From Candidatus Sulfomarinibacteraceae bacterium (GTDB lineage Bacteria > Acidobacteriota > Thermoanaerobaculia > Thermoanaerobaculales > Sulfomarinibacteraceae): a stretch of 64,000 nucleotides of DNA. Of this stretch, positions 39,838 to 50,097 are shown piece after piece. Where the stretch lies: assembly GCA_963796455.1 (NCBI GenBank), contig CAWCLO010000004.1:32001-96000 (forward strand), in the 5' to 3' direction. Each line of letters begins with the position of its first letter. Position 1 is the stretch's first letter. The translations under genes and the position numbers were made by a program. The notes under the pieces are model-generated. The model searched no databases. It saw only the letters and a list, made by a program, of their open reading frames with translations, and was not told the DNA's origin.

Positions 39838-40041
39838 ATGTCAGTCGCAAAAGTCACGGAACTCAGTTGTTCTTCGCCGACCAGCTTCGAGGATGCGATT
39901 CAAAAAGGCATCGAGCGTGCCGACAAAACCCTCGACAAGGTCAAGGGCGCCTGGGTGAGCGAGATGAAGGTCGAAGTGGACGACGGAAAAGTCAGCGCCT
40001 ACAGGGTGAACCTCAAGGTCACCTTCGTACTGAAGGGTTGA
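39838..40041 (+). CDS. dodecin family protein
   Basis: SPTSFEDAI, YRVNLKVTFVL. Confidence 0.9.
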   Translation: MSVAKVTELSCSSPTSFEDAIQKGIERADKTLDKVKGAWVSEMKVEVDDGKVSAYRVNLKVTFVLKG

Positions 40042-40045
40042 ACCA

Positions 40046-40660
40046 ATGGCAGATACTTCCGATCTTCTCGGATCGTTGATGGGACAGCTCGGCGGCGGCG
40101 GGGTCGATCAGATCGCCCGTGCGGTGGGTGTCAGCGGCGGTGACGTCACCAACGTCCTTGCCGGTGCCCTGCCCGCGATGATGGCCGGACTGACCCGCAA
40201 TGCGACGTCGGGCAACGGTGCCAGTGCCCTTCTGGGTGCTCTCGATCGCGACCACGACGGCAGCGTTCTCGATGATGTCATGGGCTACCTCGGCGGTGGC
40301 GGCAATCTCGCCGCAGGAGCCGGGATCCTCGGCCACGTCTTTGGTGGAAGCCAGGGGAATGTGGAAAAGGCGGTCAGCCGCTCGAGTGGTGTTGATATGG
40401 GCACGGTCACCAAGATCATGGCCATGGTGGCCCCGCTGATCATGGGTTCACTCGGCAAGGCCAAGCGCCAACAGGGCTTCGACGCGTCGGGCCTGGCGGC
40501 GGCACTCGGTCAGCAGGAGCAAGTAGCCCGAAAGGCCTCGCCCTCAGCGGTCGACATGTTCTCGAAGATGCTCGACAGCGACGGCGACGGCGAGTCGATG
40601 GACGACATCGTCAAGATGGGCACCGGTCTGCTCGGCAGCCTGTTCGGCGGCAAACGATAA
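40046..40660 (+). CDS. DUF937 domain protein
   Basis: ALDRDHDGSVLDD, GILGHVFG, LDSDGDG. Confidence 0.85.
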   Translation: MADTSDLLGSLMGQLGGGGVDQIARAVGVSGGDVTNVLAGALPAMMAGLTRNATSGNGASALLGALDRDHDGSVLDDVMGYLGGGGNLAAGAGILGHVFGGSQGNVEKAVSRSSGVDMGTVTKIMAMVAPLIMGSLGKAKRQQGFDASGLAAALGQQEQVARKASPSAVDMFSKMLDSDGDGESMDDIVKMGTGLLGSLFGGKR

Positions 40661-40674
40661 ACCAAATGCCTGAC

Positions 40675-41208
40675 TCACCCTGATGGGGGTGCGTCGGCGA
40701 ATGGATCGGCCGTGTCGGTCTGAGTCGGTATCGTACCGGTGAGATCGACGCGGCCCATTTTTTCGATCTTGATCTTTTTGGTGCCAAAGGCTCCCTGCGT
40801 GAAGAGCGAGCCGCGAAGGCCGTAGCTCACTTCTTTCGCTTCGAAGATATCTTTCAGTCGCAAAAGGGCCGAAGCATTGTTGACGTGAAACATCGTGTCG
40901 ACAACGTAGGAATCGAGACGCTCCACCGTGAAGATCTCGGAGGTGGTTCCCGTGCCGACCTTTTTGTCCTCGAGATAGAGCTTGAATGAGGCGCCATCGA
41001 TGGAAAAGGGTTCGGGGTTCGGATTGGTGATTCTGAGCTTGGCGACCAAGGTGGTCTCGAAGACCGTGATCTCTTTGACTTCGAGATTGGCGAGGGTCAC
41101 CTCGAGAGGTTCCATTGAAGACATGGAAGAGCAACCCAGGGCGGCGGCGATCACCAGCAGTAGGGAACTGATTCGGAGAGCCGGCAATGCGGATTTCTTT
41201 CGGTACAT
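40675..41208 (-). CDS. LEA type 2 (WHy) lipoprotein
   Basis: Lipobox ALGC; LRITNPN motif. Confidence 0.82.
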   Translation of the reverse strand: MYRKKSALPALRISSLLLVIAAALGCSSMSSMEPLEVTLANLEVKEITVFETTLVAKLRITNPNPEPFSIDGASFKLYLEDKKVGTGTTSEIFTVERLDSYVVDTMFHVNNASALLRLKDIFEAKEVSYGLRGSLFTQGAFGTKKIKIEKMGRVDLTGTIPTQTDTADPFADAPPSG

Positions 41209-41377
41209 ATGACCTCCTGGGAAGGCAGCGGGTACAAAATGATCATGGCTCCGAAGCCAGTTCCTTGTTCCGGTGGTCCCCGTGTTGTTGGGCGGATTAT
41301 AGAGCAGATCGGGCTCACAGCGGCGATAAAATGAATCTGCTACGATCGATTACAGGAATTCAAATGAGGAGGAGTTG

Positions 41378-41560
41378 ATGGCGGCCAAATTCGAGGTGTT
41401 CAAAGGCAAGAGTGGCGATTTCCGGTTTCGGCTCAAAGCGGCCAACGGCAAGGTCATCTGCAACGGTCAGGGATACAAGTCGAAGGACGCCTGCATGAAG
41501 GGGATCGACTCGATCAAGAAGAACGCCAAGGGCGCGACGGTCGTCCAGACCGATAGCTGA
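41378..41560 (+). CDS. YegP / DUF1508 family protein
   Basis: FRFRLKAANGKVI..GQGY.SK..C..GIDSIKKNA; strong RBS. Confidence 0.9.
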   Translation: MAAKFEVFKGKSGDFRFRLKAANGKVICNGQGYKSKDACMKGIDSIKKNAKGATVVQTDS

Positions 41561-41581
41561 CCCGTCCCTCATAAACGACTG

Positions 41582-42355
41582 TTACTCCAGATAACGGGCT
41601 TCGAAACGGATCGTTTTCCCTTTGGGATCGAGCAGAGTCAAGGTGTCTCCTGATATCTCGAATCCGGTCACCGAGCGGAGCGCGACCAGGAGAGAATCTT
41701 CGATCTTCATGGAATCGGCGCAATACCGTTTTGTGGTGCTCAAGGTTCCAAAGCTCAGACGCGACCCGTCCGCCTCATAACTTCCCATGAGTTGGTTGCA
41801 ACCCGCATATCCGCGAATGTTGCCGGTGTCGGACTCGAAGAGAATAAATGGTTCGCGCTTGCCGGCGCCGACGTAGACTTTGCTGGCGCGAATCTCGGTC
41901 ACCGCCCAACGGGTGTTCCTGAGTGAGGCATCGGGTTTGGCCTGTGCGCAGGTCTCACCAATAAGGACCGCGATGAAACGGTCGACGAGGACGACCTCCT
42001 CGGTGCCGTGCCCTTCCATCGGTGGGCGTTCGACGATCGATCCATCGATACTGACCATCAGGGGTTGACCGGCCTCCTCCACAGTGTCGAGGTAGGCTCG
42101 CTCGAGTCCGATGAAGTCTGCCTCCATCGCCACCGGTAGCCGTCGGCCGGTTGCGCAATCGGAGAAAAGCCCGGCGTCGGCCATATAGGTGAAGTTTCCT
42201 CGCATCGGCCTGGGTTTCACGGTGGCTGTGGCTTCGGAAGAGCTCGCCACAGGAGGACCGACAACCCGGGAAAGGCCGTCCACCGTATCTGTGGATCCGC
42301 AGGCCGTCAGGGTGGCCAGAGCGAAAGTTGCAGCGATGATCATGACGTTTTTCAT
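41582..42355 (-). CDS. lipoprotein with NlpE-like and META (HslJ) domains
   Basis: Lipobox LTAC; YMADAGLFSDCATG; GYAGCN...STTKRYC. Confidence 0.85.
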   Translation of the reverse strand: MKNVMIIAATFALATLTACGSTDTVDGLSRVVGPPVASSSEATATVKPRPMRGNFTYMADAGLFSDCATGRRLPVAMEADFIGLERAYLDTVEEAGQPLMVSIDGSIVERPPMEGHGTEEVVLVDRFIAVLIGETCAQAKPDASLRNTRWAVTEIRASKVYVGAGKREPFILFESDTGNIRGYAGCNQLMGSYEADGSRLSFGTLSTTKRYCADSMKIEDSLLVALRSVTGFEISGDTLTLLDPKGKTIRFEARYLE

Positions 42356-42660
42356 CGGGTCCTCCTTGTGGGGTCGTATGAGGTTAGCAGGATTCAGGAA
42401 TAAGGAATTCCGGATCTCCGCCCAGGATCATCTCAGAAATCGCTATCGCCATCGGAATCGCTATCGCGATCGACGTGAACCCGATCTGCAACCCGGATGG
42501 CTGCTTCAATCGAGCATTAGCATCCAGAATCACTGCCCGAATTGCAGCGATGGCGACAGTGTCCAGCGTCAGCGACAGACAACAGCGAACAGGGACAGCG
42601 GCAGGGAACAGCGACAGAGGACAGCGGCGGCGGCGGCGATCAGGAGTACAGGCGGCGAAG

Positions 42661-42798
42661 TGGCCACCTCCGGGTCGTTCAAAGGAAGGGGTAGCCGGTG
42701 GGCGGCCGATGTCAAGGACAGGCAGGGTGCAGGGCATCCTTGACATCGGCCACCACACCGGCTTGTGGGAATGGGCATGAACGACCCGGAGGTGACCA
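42661..42798 (+). other. conserved nested hairpin leader of element copy C
   Basis: Same stems as copies A and B. Confidence 0.8.
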
Positions 42799-43151
42799 TG
42801 TCCAACGCCGCCACGAACACCAACCTCGTCGCCCACTCGAAAGCCCTCGAAGCAGCAGGAATCGCGATCAAGCTCGTGATCAGGGTTCCAGCTCCTCTGA
42901 AGTCCATAGCCGATCAGGTAGTCCGATCGGCGAGTTCAGTCCCTGCCAACCTGGCAGAAGGCCACGGCCGATTCGGTAGAGACCGGTTGAACCACTGGAG
43001 AATCGCGTACGCCTCAGCCAAAGAGGTCGACAGCCACTTGCAGCTCCTCGCCCACGCCGGGGCGATCAGCCCGAACGGAGCCAGTGAAGCGATGAACGCC
43101 TTCGATCAGGTGCGTGCCATGACCTGGCGGCTCTTGAATCCGGAGAAGTGA
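42798..43151 (+). CDS. four helix bundle protein, copy C
   Basis: Same motifs as copies A and B. Confidence 0.9.
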   Translation: MSNAATNTNLVAHSKALEAAGIAIKLVIRVPAPLKSIADQVVRSASSVPANLAEGHGRFGRDRLNHWRIAYASAKEVDSHLQLLAHAGAISPNGASEAMNAFDQVRAMTWRLLNPEK

Positions 43152-43270
43152 GTGCTGTCGCTGATCGCTGACGCTGACTACTGTTAGCTGTTCACTGTCG
43201 CTGTCGCCGTCCCTGAACGGTAGCCGAGAACCTGTCTTGGACAAGAGTGATGCGGGATCCAGCATCCTGC

Positions 43271-43309
43271 ATGACCCAGGTCAAGGACGGATCCGCGACT
43301 GAGTATCAT
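43271..43309 (+). promoter_or_regulatory. putative CRP/FNR-family box plus -10 element
   Basis: ATGAC-CCAG-GTCAA (43271-43284; 9/10 to TTGAC-N4-GTCAA) and TATCAT (43304-43309) upstream of the ATG at 43330. Confidence 0.55.
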
Positions 43310-43329
43310 GATCTATTGCAGGAGGCGCC

Positions 43330-44568
43330 ATGAGTGAATTACTCGACAACAGTCGTCATCGTATCGAGACATTGAAGGAGATCATCAAGAGCCTGCACGA
43401 TGGGGCCGATCCCGACAGCCTGAAGGAGGAGTTCGGAGAACTTCTGGCCGAAGTCGGGCCGACCGAAATCGCGGCAATGGAAAATTCGCTGATGTCCGAT
43501 GGCATGAAGCAGGAAGAGATTCAGCGGATGTGTGATGTGCACGCGGCGGTTCTCGGTGGAGCAGCGCCACATGGACCGACGGACGTTCCGGCGGGTCACC
43601 CGATCCACACCTTCAGGCTCGAAAACGAACGAATCCGCGAGATCGTTGCCGAGTACAGGCTCTTTGCCGACAGGCTTCAGAGCGCAGACGCCGGGGAAGA
43701 CAACGACTGGCGAACGCTGCACGAGTCGCTGGCCGGGGTCGACGTGCACTACCAGCGCAAGGAGTATCTGGTTTTTCCTTATCTCGAAAAGGCGGGCATT
43801 GCCGGTCCTCCCAAGGTCATGTGGGGAGTCCACGATGAGATCCGGGAGAAGATCGCCGCAGCCGGAGAACTGATCTCGAACCAGAGCGACCTCGACACGG
43901 ACGGACGGGCTTTCGCGGTTCAAACCGTCATTCTGCCGATGCTCGAACAGATCGAAGGCATGACCGATAAAGAGGACCGTATTCTGTGGCCGATGACTCT
44001 CGAACACGTGGCGGTGCAGGACTGGGAGGCCGTTCGTTCGCAATGGGACGAGTTTGGAAAGGGCCTGGTCGAAGCGGCAGGTCTTTGGCTTCCCGTCATT
44101 CCAAAGCTCCCCGAGAAACCGGTCGAGCTCCCCGGCGACGATGCAGTCACTCTGCCGTCGGGCCACCTCACGATGCGCCAGTTGACCGCGCTGCTCAACG
44201 TCCTGCCGATGGATCTGACCTTTGTCGACGCCGAAGGCCGGGTCGGTTTTTTCAGCGAGGGGGACGACCGCGTCTTTGCCCGCAATCGAGCCATCATCGG
44301 CCGCAGGGTCGAGGATTGCCATCCGCCAAAGAGCGTCCACATCGTCGAACAGGTGGTGGACGACCTCAAATCCGGAAGGCGTGACGTGGCGGAGTTCTGG
44401 ATCCAGATGGGTGATCGGTTTGTGCATATTCGATACTTCGCGGTACGTGACGAAGGAGGCGAGTACCTCGGTACCCTCGAAGTCACCCAGGACATCGCGC
44501 CGCTCAGGGCCCTCGAGGGCGAACGGAGATTGTTGGCCGAGGTCTCGGCCGGTGAGGCGGGAGCATGA
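43330..44568 (+). CDS. DUF438-hemerythrin-PAS domain protein
   Basis: MCDVHA, GHPIHTF, HYQRKEYLVFP, VMWGVHDEIR, CHPPKS PAS segment. Confidence 0.9.
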   Translation: MSELLDNSRHRIETLKEIIKSLHDGADPDSLKEEFGELLAEVGPTEIAAMENSLMSDGMKQEEIQRMCDVHAAVLGGAAPHGPTDVPAGHPIHTFRLENERIREIVAEYRLFADRLQSADAGEDNDWRTLHESLAGVDVHYQRKEYLVFPYLEKAGIAGPPKVMWGVHDEIREKIAAAGELISNQSDLDTDGRAFAVQTVILPMLEQIEGMTDKEDRILWPMTLEHVAVQDWEAVRSQWDEFGKGLVEAAGLWLPVIPKLPEKPVELPGDDAVTLPSGHLTMRQLTALLNVLPMDLTFVDAEGRVGFFSEGDDRVFARNRAIIGRRVEDCHPPKSVHIVEQVVDDLKSGRRDVAEFWIQMGDRFVHIRYFAVRDEGGEYLGTLEVTQDIAPLRALEGERRLLAEVSAGEAGA

Positions 44569-45086
44569 GCGCGCCGGTGATCGGGCCCGAGACCCGGGTG
44601 GCTGATCTCCTGGATGCCCATCCCGAGGCGGAAGATGTGTTGATCGGAATCGCACCGCAATTCAAGGCACTCAAGAACCCTCTTCTTCGCCGAACGGTCG
44701 CCAAGGTCGCGACTCTCGAGCAGGCTGCGAGAGTCGCTGGGATGCAGCCAAGGGAACTGGTATTGGCGCTTCGAAGCGAACTCGGGCTCGGCGGCGACTC
44801 GAACATCGGCGACGGCCTCGTCGACGAAAGAGGGACCGAAATACCGGCCTGGGTCTCCTTGGATGCCGAAGCGACGATTGATGGCGCCGCACTGCTCGAT
44901 GCGGGCGAGACTCCGGTCAAAACCGTCTCCGCCACGCTTGCGGAAAAAGAGAGTGGAGACGTGGTGGTGGTCACGGCTCCTTTCCAACCCGCGCCCTTGA
45001 TCGACGGACTTCGCTCGAAGGGCCACGATGTCTTTGCCAGCGCGCAGGCCGACGAGAGTTGGAAGGTCTGGATTCGGAAGAAGTGA
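44565..45086 (+). CDS. DUF1858 domain protein
   Basis: TRVADLLDAHP, LKNPLLRRTVAK, APFQPAPLID. Confidence 0.8.
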   Translation: MSAPVIGPETRVADLLDAHPEAEDVLIGIAPQFKALKNPLLRRTVAKVATLEQAARVAGMQPRELVLALRSELGLGGDSNIGDGLVDERGTEIPAWVSLDAEATIDGAALLDAGETPVKTVSATLAEKESGDVVVVTAPFQPAPLIDGLRSKGHDVFASAQADESWKVWIRKK

Positions 45087-45341
45087 AGACGCTACAGAGT
45101 TCGGAAATAGGACTGAGGAAATAGGAATCCTCGCTCCTCATTACGACCAGAGGTTTCGGTGCGCTCCTCCCCTTTCCCCCTTTCACCTCTGTAGTCGAGG
45201 AACGGAATCCAGCATCCATCGGGGCCGGTCTGTGTTACCTTTGCTCGACCTTAATTGAACACGGTTGTTGATCGAAAAAAAAGGGGTGCGGCAGGGAATC
45301 CAGGTTCAATTTTTTCGGTTATTCTCATCGAGTGGGGTTGA

Positions 45342-46196
45342 ATGATGTCGATTCAGAGCAGTCCACTGAGACTGGGTGTTGCCTTGATTATGTTGGTCGC
45401 GATCGCCGGTCCGGCTGAGGCTCAGCTGGTGAGCGAGGTGCCTGAGGCCCTGGACGAGGTCGGGGTGACGGAACACCTCGACGCCAAGCTGCCGCTCGAC
45501 GCGAGGTTTCGTGACGAAAGCGGCGAGTGGGTCGAGCTCGGGAGTTACTTCGACGGCGAACGGCCGGTGATCCTGACCCTCAACTACTACCGTTGCCCAA
45601 TGCTCTGCGGGCTGCAACTCAACGGTGTTGTAGATGGTCTCGAACAGATGGACTGGTCGCCGGGAGAAGAGTTCGAGATGGTGACGGTGAGCATCAACCC
45701 GCTCGAGACACCCGAGCTGGCTACCGCCAAAAAACAGAACTATCTCAAACGTTTGCAGCGACCTTCCGCAGGAAGCGGTTGGCATTTCCTGACCGGCAAT
45801 GAGCCCGAAATCGAGCGCCTCGCCGAGACGGTCGGCTTTGGCTACACCTATGATGCAGAGAGTGGTGAGTATGCCCACGCCGCCGTGACGATGGTGATCA
45901 CGCCCGATGGCAGGATCGCGCGTTATCTCTACGGGATCGAATATCCCGCCAAGCGTCTCAAGCTGGCGCTCCTCGAAGCGGCCGAAGGTTCTATCGGCAC
46001 AACCCTTGACCAACTGATTCTCTACTGCTATCACTACGATCCAACAAATCGTCGCTATTCACCGGTCGCAATGAATATCATGCGTCTCGGGGGAAGCGCC
46101 ACCGCGTTGATACTCGGAATCTCCCTCGGTGGTTTTTGGGCTCTTGAGTGGCGCCGGAAAAAACGATCCGCGAAAAAGAAGGACACGACTGCATGA
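45342..46196 (+). CDS. SCO1/SenC family protein
   Basis: YYRCPMLC, WHFLTG, YAH, YLYGIEY. Confidence 0.9.
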   Translation: MMSIQSSPLRLGVALIMLVAIAGPAEAQLVSEVPEALDEVGVTEHLDAKLPLDARFRDESGEWVELGSYFDGERPVILTLNYYRCPMLCGLQLNGVVDGLEQMDWSPGEEFEMVTVSINPLETPELATAKKQNYLKRLQRPSAGSGWHFLTGNEPEIERLAETVGFGYTYDAESGEYAHAAVTMVITPDGRIARYLYGIEYPAKRLKLALLEAAEGSIGTTLDQLILYCYHYDPTNRRYSPVAMNIMRLGGSATALILGISLGGFWALEWRRKKRSAKKKDTTA

Positions 46197-47203
46197 CGGC
46201 AACGCAATTTGTAGGATCACTGCTCGCACGGATCTCCATGGCTCCCGATCCCGAAGATGGGTCCTTCTGGATGCCACCACAGGTGTCGACGGTTGCCCAG
46301 GGTGTGGATTGGCTGTTCAATTTCATCCTCGCGATCTCGGTCTTTTTCTTTGTGCTCATCGTCGCGGCGATGGTGATCTTCGTTCTCAAGTATCGCCGCC
46401 GCGAGGGGCAGGGGGCAGAGGACTCACCGAACCACAATCTGCCGCTCGAGATCACGTGGACTGCGATACCAGTGCTGATCGTTATCGTCATTTTCTTCTT
46501 TGGATTCAAGGGCTTTCTCGATATGGCCACGCCGCCGGCCAACGCCTACGAGGTTCTGGTCGAGGGGCAGAAGTGGAATTGGAGCTTCACCTATCCGAAC
46601 GGTTATGTGGATGAGAATCTCCACGTACCGGTGGACCGTCCGGTGCAGCTCGTGATGTCCTCCGCCGACGTGATTCACAGCCTCTATGTGCCGGCTTTCA
46701 GGGTCAAGATGGACGTCGTTCCGGGTCGATACTCGAAGGCGTGGTTCGAGGCAACCCAACCCGGTGAATACGATCTTTTTTGCGCCGAGTATTGCGGCAC
46801 GAGCCACTCCGACATGTTGGCGCACGTCATCGTCCACCCGGTGGGCGAATTCGAGACCTGGCTCGAGGAGGCCTCGAATTTCCTCGCCACGATGTCGCCA
46901 GTCGACGCAGGACGCAAGCTCTTCCAGGTTCGTGGTTGCACCCAGTGCCACAGCATGGACGGGTCGGCAAAGACGGGCCCGACATTGCTCGGGGTCTTCG
47001 GCCGGGTCGAAAACATGGCCGACGGCAGTTCGCTGACGGTGGACGAAAATTATATTCGCGAGTCGATTCTGGAACCGAACGCGCGGGTGGTGGCTGGTTT
47101 CGAGCCGGTTATGCCCACCTATCAGGGAAGGCTCAAAGACGAAGAGATCATGGCGATCATCGAGTATCTCAAAGCGCCCGAAGGCGCATCTCAGGAGGAG
47201 TAG
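46193..47203 (+). CDS. coxB: cytochrome c oxidase subunit II with fused cytochrome c
   Basis: LEITWT, DVIHS, CAEYCGTSHSDM CuA motif, CTQCH. Confidence 0.93.
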   Translation: MTATQFVGSLLARISMAPDPEDGSFWMPPQVSTVAQGVDWLFNFILAISVFFFVLIVAAMVIFVLKYRRREGQGAEDSPNHNLPLEITWTAIPVLIVIVIFFFGFKGFLDMATPPANAYEVLVEGQKWNWSFTYPNGYVDENLHVPVDRPVQLVMSSADVIHSLYVPAFRVKMDVVPGRYSKAWFEATQPGEYDLFCAEYCGTSHSDMLAHVIVHPVGEFETWLEEASNFLATMSPVDAGRKLFQVRGCTQCHSMDGSAKTGPTLLGVFGRVENMADGSSLTVDENYIRESILEPNARVVAGFEPVMPTYQGRLKDEEIMAIIEYLKAPEGASQEE

Positions 47204-47209
47204 CAGCTG

Positions 47210-48904
47210 ATGGCTGAAGCGATCTCAGCCCCGGTCGCCGACACACACACCGGGGAGACCGAAAACTATCTCAAGCACGGCAAGGGGGTTCTCTCCTGGC
47301 TGTTCACGCTCGATCACAAACGGATCGGCGTGATGTATCTGGTGGCGATTCTGGCGTCGTTCTTCCTCGGCGGCATGTTTGCGATGCTGGTCCGGGCCGA
47401 GTTGTTTACGCCCGGGCAAACCATCATGACGGCCGATACCTACAACAAGATGTTTACCCTCCACGGAGCGGTGATGATCTTTCTCTTCATCATCCCGGGC
47501 ATTCCGGCCACCCTCGGCAATTTCGTGCTGCCGCTGATGCTCGGCGCCAAGGATGTGGCGCTGCCGAGGCTCAACCTGGCGAGCTTCTGGCTGTGGTTGA
47601 CCGGTGCGACCTTTGCGGTGTCCTCGATCATCATCGGCGCGGTTGATACGGGATGGACTTTTTACACCCCGTACTCGACGACCACCAGCACGGCCGTGGT
47701 GTCGATCACGATGGGAGTCTTCATCCTCGGGTTCTCATCGATTTTCACCGGCCTCAACTTCATCGTAACGATCCACAAGATGCGCCCCGAAGGCATGACC
47801 TGGTTCCGGATGCCGCTCTTCCTGTGGGGCATCTACTCCACCGCCATCATCCAGGTTTTGGCGACACCGGTGCTGGGCATCACTCTCTTGCTTCTCATCG
47901 CCGAGAGGACGCTCGGCGTGGGAATCTTCGACCCGGCCCTCGGCGGCGACCCGGTTCTGTTCCAGCACTTCTTCTGGTTTTATTCGCACCCGGCGGTCTA
48001 CATCATGATTCTGCCCGCCATGGCGATCATGAGTGAGTTGATCTCCACCTTCTCCGGCAAACACATTTTCGGATACAAGTTCATTGCGTGGTCGTCGATC
48101 GCGATCGCTCTCCTCAGCTTCCTGGTGTGGGGCCACCACATGTTCACCAGCGGGCAGTCGGGCTTGGTCAATATGATCTTTTCCGCGTTGACCTTTTCGG
48201 TGGCGATACCATCGGCGGTCAAGGTCTTCAACTGGCTCGCCACCATGTACAAGGGATCGATCCAGCTTGCCGCGCCGATGCTCTACGCCTTGTCCTTCCT
48301 CTTCCTCTTCGCCATCGGCGGTCTGACCGGCCTTTTCCTGGGCTCGCTCTCCACTGATATCCACCTTCACGACACCTACTTCGTCGTTGCCCACTTCCAC
48401 TACGTGATGTTTGGCGGCACAGTGATCGCCTTCCTCGGCGGGCTTCACTACTGGTGGCCGAAGATGTTCGGCCGGATGTACTCCGAGCGTTGGGCGCAGG
48501 TCGCCGCGCTACTCATTTTTGTCGGATTCAACCTGACCTTTTTCACCCAGTTCGTGATGGGCAGTCATGGCATGCCGCGACGCTACTACAACTACCTGGA
48601 GCGATTCACCGCCTATCACCAGGCATCGACGGTGGGTTCTTTCATCCTTGCGCTCGGATTCTTCGTCATGGCGGGTTACCTGCTGCACTCCCTGGTGGCC
48701 GGCGAGAAAGCACCACCGAACCCCTGGGGAGCCGCGACCCTCGAATGGGAAACCACCTCGCCGCCTGCCTATTTCAACTTCAAGCACGATATGCGGGCGG
48801 GTGATCCCTACGATCTCGAAGCGATGGAGAGGGACCCGGTCAATGGCGGGTATCGTCGAAAGGACCCGAGTTCGGTGCTGGCGGACGGTGGGGGAGCGAG
48901 CTGA
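47210..48904 (+). CDS. coxA: cytochrome c oxidase subunit I (A2 type)
   Basis: [34 protein letters not shown]. Confidence 0.96.
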   Translation: MAEAISAPVADTHTGETENYLKHGKGVLSWLFTLDHKRIGVMYLVAILASFFLGGMFAMLVRAELFTPGQTIMTADTYNKMFTLHGAVMIFLFIIPGIPATLGNFVLPLMLGAKDVALPRLNLASFWLWLTGATFAVSSIIIGAVDTGWTFYTPYSTTTSTAVVSITMGVFILGFSSIFTGLNFIVTIHKMRPEGMTWFRMPLFLWGIYSTAIIQVLATPVLGITLLLLIAERTLGVGIFDPALGGDPVLFQHFFWFYSHPAVYIMILPAMAIMSELISTFSGKHIFGYKFIAWSSIAIALLSFLVWGHHMFTSGQSGLVNMIFSALTFSVAIPSAVKVFNWLATMYKGSIQLAAPMLYALSFLFLFAIGGLTGLFLGSLSTDIHLHDTYFVVAHFHYVMFGGTVIAFLGGLHYWWPKMFGRMYSERWAQVAALLIFVGFNLTFFTQFVMGSHGMPRRYYNYLERFTAYHQASTVGSFILALGFFVMAGYLLHSLVAGEKAPPNPWGAATLEWETTSPPAYFNFKHDMRAGDPYDLEAMERDPVNGGYRRKDPSSVLADGGGAS

Positions 48905-49752
48905 TGTCGAGCCACACCGATGATGCGCAGGACGGCCTCAAGGTCGATCATCATTTCGAAAATGCGGACCAGCAGTACCAATCGGCCAAGCTGGGAATGT
49001 GGTTGTTTCTGTCGACGGAAATCCTCTTCTTTGGCGGGCTCTTCGTGGCCTACTCGGTCTACCGTGCAAACAACCCCGAGATTTTTGTCTATGGCCACCA
49101 TTTTCTCGACAAAAACCTCGGAGCCCTCAATACGGTCATTCTCATCTGCAGCTCGCTGACCGCAGCCTGGGCGGTACGGGCGGCCCAACTGCGCCAGATC
49201 CGCCTGCTCAAGGTGATGATCGTGCTGACGATCGCCTGTGCATTTGGCTTCATGAGCATCAAGGCTGTCGAGTACAACGCCAAGTGGAAGCACGGGCTTC
49301 TCTGGGCGGGACAGTTCGATCCGCACGTCGACCACGAGGAATCCGGAGAGACCGCGATCGCTGATGATGCCGACCACAGCGAGGCCGTCGAAACTGAGGC
49401 CGCGGTCCCTGAAGAGCCCACCGTGGCCGATCCTGATCGTTCGGCCATCCCACCCGCCGCGGACGCTCCCTCAGGTTTAGCGCCACCACCCACCGAGGTC
49501 CACGAAGAAGAGACCGTCGAGGTGACCCCGGCCAACGCTCAGATCTACTTTTCGATCTATTTTCTGCTGACCGGGCTCCACGGTATTCATGTGCTCGGAG
49601 GGATCGGCGCCTTTTTGTGGCTCTTCATGTGCGCCCGCAGGGGAGATTTCGACAACGGCCATTTCACCCGTGTGGATATGGTCGCCCTCTATTGGCATCT
49701 GGTGGATCTGATCTGGATCTACCTCTTTTTGCTCCTCTACCTGATCGATTAG
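48904..49752 (+). CDS. coxC: cytochrome c oxidase subunit III
   Basis: GMWLFLSTEILFFGGLF, TGLHGIHV, YWHLVD. Confidence 0.92.
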   Translation: MSSHTDDAQDGLKVDHHFENADQQYQSAKLGMWLFLSTEILFFGGLFVAYSVYRANNPEIFVYGHHFLDKNLGALNTVILICSSLTAAWAVRAAQLRQIRLLKVMIVLTIACAFGFMSIKAVEYNAKWKHGLLWAGQFDPHVDHEESGETAIADDADHSEAVETEAAVPEEPTVADPDRSAIPPAADAPSGLAPPPTEVHEEETVEVTPANAQIYFSIYFLLTGLHGIHVLGGIGAFLWLFMCARRGDFDNGHFTRVDMVALYWHLVDLIWIYLFLLLYLID

Positions 49753-49761
49753 GAGACCCGG

Positions 49762-50097
49762 ATGACTGAAAACGAACAAAACGTCGGACACGTCTCATCG
49801 GTGAGGTTGCTCCTGGTTGTCTGGATCGCGCTGATGATCGGCACTTGGTTGACGGTTGCGGCCTCAACGATTGACCTTGGATTCCTCAATATCTGGATCG
49901 GGCTCGCGATTGCGACGGCCAAGGCCTTCCTCGTCGGTCTCTACTACATGCATCTGCGGTGGGACAAACCCTTCAACGCTTTCGTGTTCGTCACCGCCTT
50001 CGCCTTCCTCTTCCTCTTCATCGGTTTCGCGATGATGGACACCGGGCAATATCAGGTCGACGTCATCCCGGGCTACTCGCCCGGTATGGGAGGCTGA
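49762..50097 (+). CDS. cytochrome c oxidase subunit IV
   Basis: IATAKAFLVGLYYMHLRWD. Confidence 0.88.
   Translation: MTENEQNVGHVSSVRLLLVVWIALMIGTWLTVAASTIDLGFLNIWIGLAIATAKAFLVGLYYMHLRWDKPFNAFVFVTAFAFLFLFIGFAMMDTGQYQVDVIPGYSPGMGG

Larger units (their letters stand above)
42522..43258 (+). mobile_element. four-helix-bundle repeat element, copy C (left subterminal segment missing)
   Basis: ATCACTG joined directly to CCCGAATTGCAGCG; right end CTGTCTTGGACAAGAGTGAT. Confidence 0.72.
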
